Positions 1 to 7,926 of a stretch of 13,143 bases of DNA are shown piece after piece. The position numbers and the translations under genes are program-made. This DNA is from Sulfurihydrogenibium sp. (GTDB lineage: Bacteria > Aquificota > Aquificia > Aquificales > Hydrogenothermaceae), in contig JBBIPN010000038.1 of NCBI GenBank assembly GCA_037442825.1, forward strand, positions 1-13,143, in the 5' to 3' direction. Numbering within the stretch: position 1 is the stretch's first letter; each line of letters opens with the position of its first letter. Under the pieces are notes generated by a model. That model was not told the origin of the DNA. It searched no databases and was given only the letters and a program-made list of their open reading frames with translations.

Positions 1-1775
1 TGCAGAAAATTAGAAACTTTTCTATAATAGCACACGTTGATCATGGAAAATCTACGTTAGCTGATAGACTTATAGAGTTTACAGGTGGACTTGAAAAAAG
101 AGAGATGAAAGAACAGCTTTTAGATACGCTTGATATAGAGAGAGAAAGAGGTATTACAATAAAACTTCAAGCTGTTAGATTAAAGTACAAAGATTATACA
201 TTACATTTAATAGATACACCAGGACACGTTGATTTTGGTTATGAAGTTTCAAGGTCATTGGCTGCTTGTGAAGGGGCATTATTGTTGGTAGATGCTACAC
301 AAGGTATAGAAGCTCAAACGATAGCCACATTTTGGCAAGCTTTAAACCTTAATCTTGAGATTATACCAGTTATAAATAAAATAGACTTACCTTCTGCAGA
401 CGTAGATAGAATTAAATCTCAAATTGCTGATGTTTTAGGGCTTGATTCAGAAGGTGCTATACTTGCTTCAGGTAAAGCAGGTATTGGTATAGAAGATATA
501 CTTAACGCTATTGTTGAAAGGATTTCAGCTCCAAAAGGAGATGAAAATAAACCACTTAAAGCATTAATATTTGACTCTTACTATGACCCTTATAGAGGTG
601 CTGTTGCTTTTGTTAGAGTTATAGATGGAGAGGTAAAAGTTGGAAATAAAATAAAGTTAATGTCTACAGGAAAAGAGTTTGAAGTTACAGAAGTTGGAGC
701 ACAAACACCAAAAATGACAAAGTTAGATACGTTAAGAGCTGGAGATGTTGGATATATTGCAGCAGCTATAAAAGATGTAAGAGATATTAGAGTAGGTGAT
801 ACTATAACAGATGCAAAAAGGCCTACTGACAAACCAGTAGAAGGTTTTAGACCTGCAAAACCTATGGTATACGCTGGATTATACCCAACAGGTATAACAA
901 CATTTGAAGATATGAGAGATGCTTTAGAAAGATATTCAATAAACGATGCTGCTTTAACTTACGAAGTAGAATCTTCTCCTGCTCTTGGGATGGGTTTCAG
1001 ATGTGGATTCTTAGGATTGTTACATTTAGAGATTGTTCAGGAAAGGTTGGAAAGAGAGTATGGTATTGAACTTATTACAACAGCACCAAACGTAATATAC
1101 AAGGTAATTACTACAAAAGAAGAAGAGATAGAAGTTAGAAATCCATCTCAACTTCCACCACCTAACTATATTGACAAAATATTAGAACCATACATAGAAG
1201 CAAGCATAATTACACCTAATGAATATGTTGGAGCTATAATACAACTTGTACAAGAAAAAAGAGGTATACAGAAAGGTTTTGAGTATATAGACCAAAAAAC
1301 AGTTCTTTTAAGGTATGAAATACCGTTAGGTGAAGTTCTTTTTGATTTTCATGATAAATTAAAAACGGTTACAAAAGGATATGCTTCTTTTGATTACGAG
1401 TTTACAGGTTATAGAGAAGGTGATTTAGTAAAAATGGAGATACTAATAAACGACGAACCTGTTGATGCACTTTCTTTTATAGTCCATAGAGATAAAGCCT
1501 ATAGAGTAGGTAGGAATATAGTAGATAAAATGAAAGAAGTTATACCAAGACAGCTTTTTGAAGTAAAAATTCAAGCTGCTATAGGTTCAAAAATTATTGC
1601 ATCAAATAGAGTTGCACCACTTAGGAGGGACGTATTGGCAAAATGTTATGGTGGTGATATTACAAGAAAGAAAAAACTATTAGAAAAACAAAAAGAAGGA
1701 AAGAAAAGAATGAAACAGTTTGGTAAAGTAGAACTACCACAAGAAGCATTTTTAAGTATTTTAAAGGCTGATTAA
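1..1775 (+). CDS. lepA: Elongation factor 4 (LepA) GTPase; 5' end clipped by the window edge
   Basis: The frame is open from position 3 (CAG AAA ATT AGA AAC TTT TCT = [24 protein letters not shown]1 motif). The window begins 'tg', consistent with the last two bases of the start codon. Other motifs: [29 protein letters not shown] and C-terminal [25 protein letters not shown]. The ORF-track start at 105 is an internal Met. Confidence 0.98.
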   Translation, partial: QKIRNFSIIAHVDHGKSTLADRLIEFTGGLEKREMKEQLLDTLDIERERGITIKLQAVRLKYKDYTLHLIDTPGHVDFGYEVSRSLAACEGALLLVDATQGIEAQTIATFWQALNLNLEIIPVINKIDLPSADVDRIKSQIADVLGLDSEGAILASGKAGIGIEDILNAIVERISAPKGDENKPLKALIFDSYYDPYRGAVAFVRVIDGEVKVGNKIKLMSTGKEFEVTEVGAQTPKMTKLDTLRAGDVGYIAAAIKDVRDIRVGDTITDAKRPTDKPVEGFRPAKPMVYAGLYPTGITTFEDMRDALERYSINDAALTYEVESSPALGMGFRCGFLGLLHLEIVQERLEREYGIELITTAPNVIYKVITTKEEEIEVRNPSQLPPPNYIDKILEPYIEASIITPNEYVGAIIQLVQEKRGIQKGFEYIDQKTVLLRYEIPLGEVLFDFHDKLKTVTKGYASFDYEFTGYREGDLVKMEILINDEPVDALSFIVHRDKAYRVGRNIVDKMKEVIPRQLFEVKIQAAIGSKIIASNRVAPLRRDVLAKCYGGDITRKKKLLEKQKEGKKRMKQFGKVELPQEAFLSILKAD

Positions 1776-2737
1776 TGATAGACGAGATAAATTTAGTTAA
1801 AATCTTAAAAGAAAGAAAGATATCTGGTGAAGATTTATCTCATATATTTAATGTTTCAAGAACTGCAATATGGAAAAAGATAAATAAATTAAAAACTTTT
1901 GGTTATGAAATAGAGATAGATAAAACAGGCTATAAAATAATCAAATCTCCAGAGACACTTTTACCTTATGAAATAATTCCACATTTGAAAACAAAATTTA
2001 TAGGTAAAAACTACATATATTTTGATGAAATAGACTCTACAAATTTAGAAGCTAAAAGACAACATTATCTTGATGGAACGGTTATTTTAGCAGAATATCA
2101 AACTTCTGGAAGAGGAAGAAAAAACAGAAACTGGTATAGTAGTAAATATAAAGGTTTATACTTTTCTATAGTACTATACCCACAGATAGAGATTAAATAT
2201 CTACCTTTATTTAGTTTACTTTTTAATTACAGTGTTTTTAAAGTATTAAAAAATTTAGTAAAAGGAAATCTAAAAATAAAATGGCCAAATGATATATATC
2301 TAAACAGTAAAAAAATAGCTGGATTTTTAATAGAAAGTAGTATAGAAAATAACCAAATAACAAAAATTATAGTTGGAATAGGTATAAACGTAAATCAAAC
2401 GTTGGAAGACTTCCCTTCAGAAATTGAAAACTTAGCAACTTCTTTACTTATAGAAGAAAGTAAAAAATTTAAAAGGAATAGTATATTTTTTAAAGTTATC
2501 TCTATGATAGAAAAAGATTATAGGAAATTTTTAAAAGAAAAATATTTAAATATAGAAGATATTAAAAACAATCTTTTATGGAAAGGGGAGAATATTGTTA
2601 TTATTGAAAACAATCAGATTATTACATCTGGTAAATTGATTGGTTTAAATGAAGATGGTGGTTTAAAAATTGAAAACGATAAAGGTATAGAGTATATATA
2701 TGTCGGAGATTTATCAATTCGCTTTAGTTCTTTGTAG
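1775..2737 (+). CDS. birA: Bifunctional biotin--[acetyl-CoA carboxylase] ligase / biotin repressor (class II, N-terminal wHTH)
   Basis: N-terminal ISGEDLSHIFNVSRTAIWKKINKL HTH; DSTN, AEYQTSGRGR, KWPND, KKIAGFL, GIGINVN. Start overlaps the lepA stop (TAATG, 1773-1777). Confidence 0.95.
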   Translation: MIDEINLVKILKERKISGEDLSHIFNVSRTAIWKKINKLKTFGYEIEIDKTGYKIIKSPETLLPYEIIPHLKTKFIGKNYIYFDEIDSTNLEAKRQHYLDGTVILAEYQTSGRGRKNRNWYSSKYKGLYFSIVLYPQIEIKYLPLFSLLFNYSVFKVLKNLVKGNLKIKWPNDIYLNSKKIAGFLIESSIENNQITKIIVGIGINVNQTLEDFPSEIENLATSLLIEESKKFKRNSIFFKVISMIEKDYRKFLKEKYLNIEDIKNNLLWKGENIVIIENNQIITSGKLIGLNEDGGLKIENDKGIEYIYVGDLSIRFSSL

Positions 2738-2789
2738 CTTTGTGAAAAAGTATAAGATTATAGAATTTTAGACAGAAAGAAATTTGTTT

Positions 2790-2897
2790 TTATAAATCAA
2801 ATCTTATTGTTTCTTTAGCAAGGGTATTAAGTCTTTTCCTTAGTTTATCTGCAGCTTTTCAAAGTTTATCTTCAAAATTTAAATCGTTTTCTTTCAT
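2790..2897 (-). pseudogene. hsdM: Remnant of a type I restriction-modification M subunit (HsdM) N-terminus
   Basis: Manual translation from ATG at 2897: MKENDLNFEDKL*KAADKLRKRLNTLAKETIRFDL*. FEDKL[W]KAADKLR matches the HsdM N-terminal signature (FE.KLWKAADKLR). The Trp position is TGA at 2859-2861. Similarity is lost after about codon 21. Confidence 0.72.
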
Positions 2898-2952
2898 AAA
2901 AAAATCAACAGCATTTAGCCATTTTATTTAATATATTTTTTTCTTTAGGGTT

Positions 2953-2979
2953 TATCAACTCTACAAACTCTATTAACTC
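2953..2979. repeat. Imperfect 9-bp tandem repeat x3 (TAnnAACTC)
   Basis: TATCAACTC (2953-2961), TACAAACTC (2962-2970), TATTAACTC (2971-2979), just downstream of the yicC stop. Confidence 0.5.
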
Positions 2980-2986
2980 AAAGAAT

Positions 2987-3847
2987 TTATTCTATATTCT
3001 GAATTTGCTGTCTTATTTTTTCTAACTGGGTTTTCATTTCAACTGTATTTTGACTAAAATCTGGCATTTTGTTACCAAGGGTATTTATCTCCCTATGCAT
3101 CTCTTGACATAAGAAATCAAGTTGTCTACCTATTGATTGATCTAACTTTAAAAGTTCTCTAAACCTTGAAATATGTGACTTTAATCTGACTATCTCTTCT
3201 GTTATATCAAGTTTATCAGCCAACAGTGTAGCTTCTATAAAAGCTCTTTCAGAGTAATTTTCTCCAAGTAACTGTTTTACTTTTAAGCTTATTTTTTCTT
3301 TTAAAGATTTAATTATGTTATCTTTTTTTGATTCAATTATTATTAAATTTTCTTCTATAGTCTTTAATCTATTTTTAATATCTTCAACTAAAAAATCTCC
3401 TTCCTTTTTCCTTTCGGCTTTTAAAAGTTCTAAAGTTTCTTTTAATGTGTTTAAAATATCTTCTTTAGCTTTATCAGAAAAATCTTGATTATTATCGTTA
3501 ATTAGTATTAAAGCTACAGATATATCATAAATTTTATCATCAGATATTTTTAATCCTACTGTAGTTGTGGTATCTCTAACAGTTCTAACATACTCAGAAA
3601 GTGTATTTACATCAATAGGAAATTCTGCTTTTGTTTTTATAATATTTATATGTACCTGAAATGTACCCCTTTCAAAGTAATTTTGGATAATTTTTCTAAT
3701 TTCTAAATCTAAATAAGTAAAAACATTTTTATCACCTTTTATAGATATATCAATACCTTTACTATTTAAAGATTTTACTTTTATATCTAATTCATAACCA
3801 TCAAAAGATCTTTTAACTGTAGAAAAACCTGTCATACTATATGGCAT
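2987..3847 (-). CDS. yicC: YicC/YloC family endoribonuclease
   Basis: N-terminal SMTGF and KSLNSKGID; C-terminal DITEEIVRLKSH, GRQLDFLCQEMHREINTLGNK, LEKIRQQIQNIE. RBS AGGAG at 3855-3859 (- strand). Confidence 0.95.
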   Translation of the reverse strand: MPYSMTGFSTVKRSFDGYELDIKVKSLNSKGIDISIKGDKNVFTYLDLEIRKIIQNYFERGTFQVHINIIKTKAEFPIDVNTLSEYVRTVRDTTTTVGLKISDDKIYDISVALILINDNNQDFSDKAKEDILNTLKETLELLKAERKKEGDFLVEDIKNRLKTIEENLIIIESKKDNIIKSLKEKISLKVKQLLGENYSERAFIEATLLADKLDITEEIVRLKSHISRFRELLKLDQSIGRQLDFLCQEMHREINTLGNKMPDFSQNTVEMKTQLEKIRQQIQNIE

Positions 3848-3857
3848 TAATCTTCTC

Positions 3858-4529
3858 CTAATTTTTTTGTAAAACTACAACATGAACTAATCCAAAGAAT
3901 CTTTTTTTCATGTACAAGATATTGAAACCTTTTTTTTCAAATAATGGCTTGATTTCAGAAAATTTTAAACTGTTTCTTATAGAATGGACAAAGTAGTCCC
4001 ATTCTTCTTTAGAAAATATCATCCTACCAAAAGGTCTAAAAATTTTATCTACAAAAAATAAAATAAATCTATAAATTAACTGATTTTCTGGTTTTCCAAT
4101 ATCTAAGATTGATATAGTTCCTTTTGATTTCAAAACTTCATTTATATGTTTTATAATTTCATCTCTTGGAAGATGTCTAAAAACAAGAGAAAAATATATA
4201 CTATCTAAGGAGTTTTTTTTAAATGGAAGATTTAAAGCATCTGCTTTTATAAATAGAACATTATCTTTATTTATCTTTTCTTTTGCTGTCTTTAGCATGT
4301 TAAAAGATAAGTCTACACCAAAAAGTGTATTGTGTTTATTTTTTAAAGAAATTTTTTTTAAAACTTCTCCTGTTCCTGTTCCAATATCTAATGCAACATT
4401 ACTGTTTGGTGTATTATATATAAGTTCATTTTGCCATTTATTTATTAAGCCAAATGTAGCAGTGCTTAAAAATTTATCATAATGTTTATTTACACTGTCA
4501 AAAATTTTTTCTACTAAACTTTTTTCCAT
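3858..4529 (-). CDS. Class I SAM-dependent methyltransferase, UbiE/MenG (COQ5)-like
   Basis: N-terminal [13 protein letters not shown]...FGL..W typical of UbiE/MenG; SAM motif [26 protein letters not shown]. Overlaps the cysS 3' end by 16 nt. Confidence 0.8.
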   Translation of the reverse strand: MEKSLVEKIFDSVNKHYDKFLSTATFGLINKWQNELIYNTPNSNVALDIGTGTGEVLKKISLKNKHNTLFGVDLSFNMLKTAKEKINKDNVLFIKADALNLPFKKNSLDSIYFSLVFRHLPRDEIIKHINEVLKSKGTISILDIGKPENQLIYRFILFFVDKIFRPFGRMIFSKEEWDYFVHSIRNSLKFSEIKPLFEKKGFNILYMKKRFFGLVHVVVLQKN

Positions 4530-5977
4530 TTTGTACCAAAAGGTGTATCTTCTAAAACAATACCTTTTTCTGTCAATTTATCCCTTATTTCATCAGCTAT
4601 TGCAAACTGCTTTTCTTTTCTTGCTTTTTCTCTGATTTCGATAAGAATATTTATCAGATCTTCACTAATTTTTTCTTCTTTTTTCTTTATCTCTATAGTC
4701 TCTTCTTTTATACAAGGTTCTAAACTATCAAATAGTCCGAAAATATCTCTACATATATTATGTAATGTTTCAGATGCTTCTTTATAAGATTCTAAAGCTT
4801 TTTTAGAAATTCCACCTTCTTTTATAGCTTTATCTTTTAAGATATTCATCTCTCTTACTAATCCAAATAAAGATGCTAATCCTTCTGTTGTATTAAAGTC
4901 ATCACTCATTGCAGAATAAAATCCTGCTTGAGCTTTTTGAATATGAGTGTATAAATCTCCTTCAAAATCATCTTTTATAGGGAGTTTTTTAAGTATGTCT
5001 ATCTCTTCTATAGCATTTTTAAGTCTTTCATAAGCTTTTTTTGTTTCTTCCATTTTTTCCCAAGAGAAATCAAGAGGACTTCTATAGTGAACTGATAAAA
5101 CCAGTAATCTTAAAATATCTGGACTGTATCTATTGTATATTTCTTTTAGTGTAATAAAGTTTCCTAAGGATTTTGACATTTTTTGACCGTTTACAGTTAC
5201 TAAACCGTTGTGTATCCAGTATCTTGCGAAAGGTTTTCCTGTCAAACTTTCTGCTTGTGCAATTTCATTTTCATGGTGAGGGAATGTTAAGTCTAAACCA
5301 CCACCATGTATATCTATAGTTTCACCTAAATGTTTAAAAATCATGGCACAGCATTCTGTATGCCATCCTGGTCTTCCTTTCCCCCAAGGTGATTCCCAGT
5401 AAGGTTCTCCTGCTTTTGCTGATTTCCACAATGCAAAATCGAGAGGATCTTTTTTCTTTTCTCCAAGTTCTATCCTTGCCCCAGCTAAAAGCTCATCAAC
5501 GCTTCTTTTTGATAGTTTCCCATAATCTTTAAACTTTCTAACAGAGAAGTATACATCCCCATCTGCTTCATATGCATAACCTGAATTTATCAATTTTTGA
5601 ATGAAATCTATAATATCAGGTATGTGGGTTGTTACTCTTGGTTCTATATCGGCAGGTTCTATTCTAAACTTTTCAGCATCATCAAAGTATTCTTTAATAA
5701 ATTTATCTGATATAACAGAAAATGGTAAACACTCTTTTTTTGCTCTGTTGATAATTTTATCATCAATATCTGTAAAGTTTCTAACGAAAATAACATTATA
5801 ACCAAGATATTTTAAATATCTTCTTATCATATCGAAAACTATTAAACTTCTACCATGTCCAACATGGTTATAATCGTAAACAGTAACACCACATGTATAA
5901 ATTTTAACTTCTCCAGGTTTTATAGGTGCAAAATCTTCCTTTTGACCAGAAAGAGTGTTATATATTTTTAAGCTCAT
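4514..5977 (-). CDS. cysS: Cysteine--tRNA ligase
   Basis: [13 protein letters not shown] (HIGH-like), [45 protein letters not shown]. Confidence 0.98.
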   Translation of the reverse strand: MSLKIYNTLSGQKEDFAPIKPGEVKIYTCGVTVYDYNHVGHGRSLIVFDMIRRYLKYLGYNVIFVRNFTDIDDKIINRAKKECLPFSVISDKFIKEYFDDAEKFRIEPADIEPRVTTHIPDIIDFIQKLINSGYAYEADGDVYFSVRKFKDYGKLSKRSVDELLAGARIELGEKKKDPLDFALWKSAKAGEPYWESPWGKGRPGWHTECCAMIFKHLGETIDIHGGGLDLTFPHHENEIAQAESLTGKPFARYWIHNGLVTVNGQKMSKSLGNFITLKEIYNRYSPDILRLLVLSVHYRSPLDFSWEKMEETKKAYERLKNAIEEIDILKKLPIKDDFEGDLYTHIQKAQAGFYSAMSDDFNTTEGLASLFGLVREMNILKDKAIKEGGISKKALESYKEASETLHNICRDIFGLFDSLEPCIKEETIEIKKKEEKISEDLINILIEIREKARKEKQFAIADEIRDKLTEKGIVLEDTPFGTKWKKV

Positions 5978-6006
5978 TTGTTTTTCTCCCAGCAGTTTTT
6001 AAAATA

Positions 6007-6015
6007 ATTTTATCA
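6007..6015 (-). promoter_or_regulatory. Possible extended -10 promoter (TGnTAAAAT) for cysS
   Basis: - strand reads TGATAAAAT, overlapping the globin gene stop and lying about 30 nt upstream of the cysS ATG. No good -35. AT-rich background lowers the significance. Confidence 0.35.
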
Positions 6016-6924
6016 CACTTTATTTTTATCTTTCTTTATTATATAAAACACTATTCCTAAAACCAAAATAACAAAACTATAAGAGACTAACTCTATGGCT
6101 TTTTTTTCACTACTTTCAGAAAGAGAAGCAATAAGAAGTTTTCTTATCATCGCTGCCAAAGCTATTCCTATAAATACAGTTAAACCAAATCCACCACCTT
6201 TAAAATGTTTAATCTCTTCATTCATAAGTTCACCAACTGCCCAAAGTATCAGTAAACTACCGAGAAGTGCAACAATTCCTTCTTCAAAAGGTACACGATT
6301 AAATAAAAGTTTGTACATATCAAAGCCAAATAAAAAGATAACAAACAGTGATACAATTATAAGAGCACCTAAAATTGCTACATCTATAAATTCTGCATAC
6401 CTTTTTGAGAATATAAAAAGTTTTTTTTCTAAAGGAGAGAGAACGTCATATTTACTTAGCTCTTCTTCTCTATAAGCTATCGTTAATATATCTAAGTTAA
6501 TATCAAGAAGTTTTCCTATTGATGATACATAAAGATTTCTTTCTTGTTTATCACTTATTTCTAAATCTATTTTTTCAATTATAAATCTTCTTACAAAATT
6601 AAAAGCTGCATTAACATAATGTGTTGGAAGTCCTATACTTACATGAACTTCACCTATCTTTTGTAGTTTTAAAAAGTATTCAACGTTATAATTTCCGGTA
6701 AATAACTCTAAAAACCATTCTCTTACTTTCTTCCTATGTCTTGATATCATTTCGTCATTTTTTAAAAAATCTTTTGCTTGAGAAAAATTAAATATGAATA
6801 TGTAAAATCTATCTATAAACTCATCTACATATTTTTCAAAAATTGGTTTTAACTGTTTTATTCTTTTTTCATCTTCTTCAGTAAATTCAAAATCTTTTTT
6901 TATCTGCTTTATATCTAGTTTCAT
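6013..6924 (-). CDS. Protoglobin/globin-coupled-sensor domain fused to a PsiE-like 4-TM domain
   Basis: Residues ~1-155 resemble sensor globins (FTEED, FIDRFY, WFLELFTG, IGEVHVSIGL with proximal His94, LLDINLD). Residues ~175-300 are four hydrophobic helices with PsiE-like LLIL..GEL and IALAAMIRKLLI motifs. Confidence 0.82.
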   Translation of the reverse strand: MKLDIKQIKKDFEFTEEDEKRIKQLKPIFEKYVDEFIDRFYIFIFNFSQAKDFLKNDEMISRHRKKVREWFLELFTGNYNVEYFLKLQKIGEVHVSIGLPTHYVNAAFNFVRRFIIEKIDLEISDKQERNLYVSSIGKLLDINLDILTIAYREEELSKYDVLSPLEKKLFIFSKRYAEFIDVAILGALIIVSLFVIFLFGFDMYKLLFNRVPFEEGIVALLGSLLILWAVGELMNEEIKHFKGGGFGLTVFIGIALAAMIRKLLIASLSESSEKKAIELVSYSFVILVLGIVFYIIKKDKNKV

Positions 6925-6934
6925 CGTTAATCTC

Positions 6935-7363
6935 TTAAAGTTTTATATTTTTTATTTTACCAAATTTTATATTTTTAACAATCTCAGCTAAAGATGTGTT
7001 AAACAAAGTGTATAAACGTTCTCTCTCAATAACCCATCTGTGATGTATAGCACATGGTTTTTCATCGGAACATTCTTCAAAACCAAGTATACATGAGTTA
7101 AATAATTTGTCATCATCTAAAGATTTAATAATATCTATAATTTTAATATCTTTAATTGGTTTTTTAAATACTATTCCACCTTTTGGACCTCTATATGAAG
7201 CTAAAATACCACTTTTTACTAATCTTTGAATATTCTTTGCAAGAAAATGAAAAGGTAAGTTTAAACGTTCTGATATTTCTTTAACAGATATATATTGATG
7301 ATCTTGATTTAATGCTAAAAATATTAAAGCTCTTATACAATCTTTTACAGATTCAGATAACAT
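6935..7363 (-). CDS. Rrf2 family transcriptional regulator with Fe-S ligand motif
   Basis: wHTH ISVKEISERLNLPFHFLAKNIQRL, wing SYRGPKGG, and C91-x6-C98-x5-C104-x2-H107. RBS GGAGG at 7370-7374 (- strand). Confidence 0.93.
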   Translation of the reverse strand: MLSESVKDCIRALIFLALNQDHQYISVKEISERLNLPFHFLAKNIQRLVKSGILASYRGPKGGIVFKKPIKDIKIIDIIKSLDDDKLFNSCILGFEECSDEKPCAIHHRWVIERERLYTLFNTSLAEIVKNIKFGKIKNIKL

Positions 7364-7365
7364 TT

Positions 7366-7815
7366 TTAACCTCCATATCTTAATTTAGCTGCATAGTAAA
7401 CAATTAAGACACCTACAATAAGGTTTAATATACCTACCAACCTTGATAAAACTCTATATCTGTCATTTAAATGTGACCTTGGACCTAAATATAGATCATG
7501 TATTAAAGCTAAAATAAATGTAAGTAAAAATAGATGGATTTTATCGCGTAAAGTGCTAACGTATGTAGAAGTTCTTAAAAAGATATCGTTAAAAGATATA
7601 CCTAAATAATGCATATTACCTATACCGGTAACAAACAAAATAGGAAGTCCTATAAATGTAGCTATTATAGAATATCTTTTTCCTACTTTTTGAAAAATTT
7701 CTACACTATCTTTCAGTTTTCTTACATAGGGAGATAAAACAAAAACCATAAACAGCATTCCACCTATCCACAAAGTAGCAACAATTATATGAATAGTTAA
7801 AATAGTCTCTTTCAC
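7366..7815 (-). CDS. Four-TM membrane protein, CopD/DUF4149/HemJ-like fold
   Basis: TM1 HIIVATLWIGGMLF, LFVTG, DKIHL...LIHDLYLGP. GTG start with RBS GGAGG at 7823-7827 (- strand). Confidence 0.72.
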   Translation of the reverse strand: MKETILTIHIIVATLWIGGMLFMVFVLSPYVRKLKDSVEIFQKVGKRYSIIATFIGLPILFVTGIGNMHYLGISFNDIFLRTSTYVSTLRDKIHLFLLTFILALIHDLYLGPRSHLNDRYRVLSRLVGILNLIVGVLIVYYAAKLRYGG

Positions 7816-7830
7816 TGTCTATCCTCCAAA

Positions 7831-7852
7831 TTTAAGATAATTTTATCTTAAA
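7831..7852. promoter_or_regulatory. Perfect inverted repeat, candidate Rrf2 operator
   Basis: TTTAAGATAA (7831-7840), TT, TTATCTTAAA (7843-7852): 10-bp arms with a 2-bp spacer, immediately upstream of the RBS of the operon containing the Rrf2 gene. Confidence 0.7.
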
Positions 7853-7868
7853 ATGTCAGATAATGCAA
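7840..7868 (-). promoter_or_regulatory. Predicted sigma70 promoter for the membrane protein-Rrf2-globin operon
   Basis: - strand TTGCAT (7868-7863), 17-bp spacer, TAAAAT (7845-7840). The -10 lies at the centre of the palindrome. Confidence 0.6.
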
Positions 7869-7873
7869 CTGTA

Positions 7874-7882
7874 TGGTAAAAT
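7874..7882 (+). promoter_or_regulatory. Possible extended -10 promoter for the mtnB operon
   Basis: TG-G-TAAAAT at 7874-7882, about 45 nt upstream of the mtnB ATG. RBS GAGGT at 7914-7918. Weak -35. Confidence 0.4.
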
Positions 7883-7926
7883 TATATGTAAAATTATTAT
7901 TTACAAAAAATTTGAGGTAATAGTAT

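Noticed and set aside
105..107. ORF-track start for lepA
   Set aside because: It would delete the G1 P-loop (AHVDHGKST) encoded upstream in the same frame.
590..832. 80-aa - strand ORF
   Set aside because: Lies wholly antisense within lepA, with no recognisable motif; a shadow ORF.
2859..2861. TGA read as Trp or Sec (alternative genetic code) in the hsdM fragment
   Set aside because: TGA terminates thiS and the globin gene, Trp is encoded by TGG elsewhere, and the fragment ends 22 codons later anyway.
2738..2986. Intrinsic terminator, or a remA/DUF370 gene expected after yicC
   Set aside because: No GC-rich hairpin with a U tract was seen, and no intact ORF resembling DUF370.
4297..4482. 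61-aa + strand ORF
   Set aside because: Antisense to the methyltransferase gene, with no motif.
5601..5801. 66-aa + strand ORF
   Set aside because: Antisense within conserved cysS; Ser/Ile-rich shadow composition.
6095..6475. 126-aa + strand ORF
   Set aside because: Antisense to the TM-coding part of the globin-PsiE gene, with no recognisable domain.
7831..7852. Palindrome interpreted as a terminator hairpin
   Set aside because: It is AT-rich with a 2-nt loop and lies between divergent gene starts; an operator fits better.
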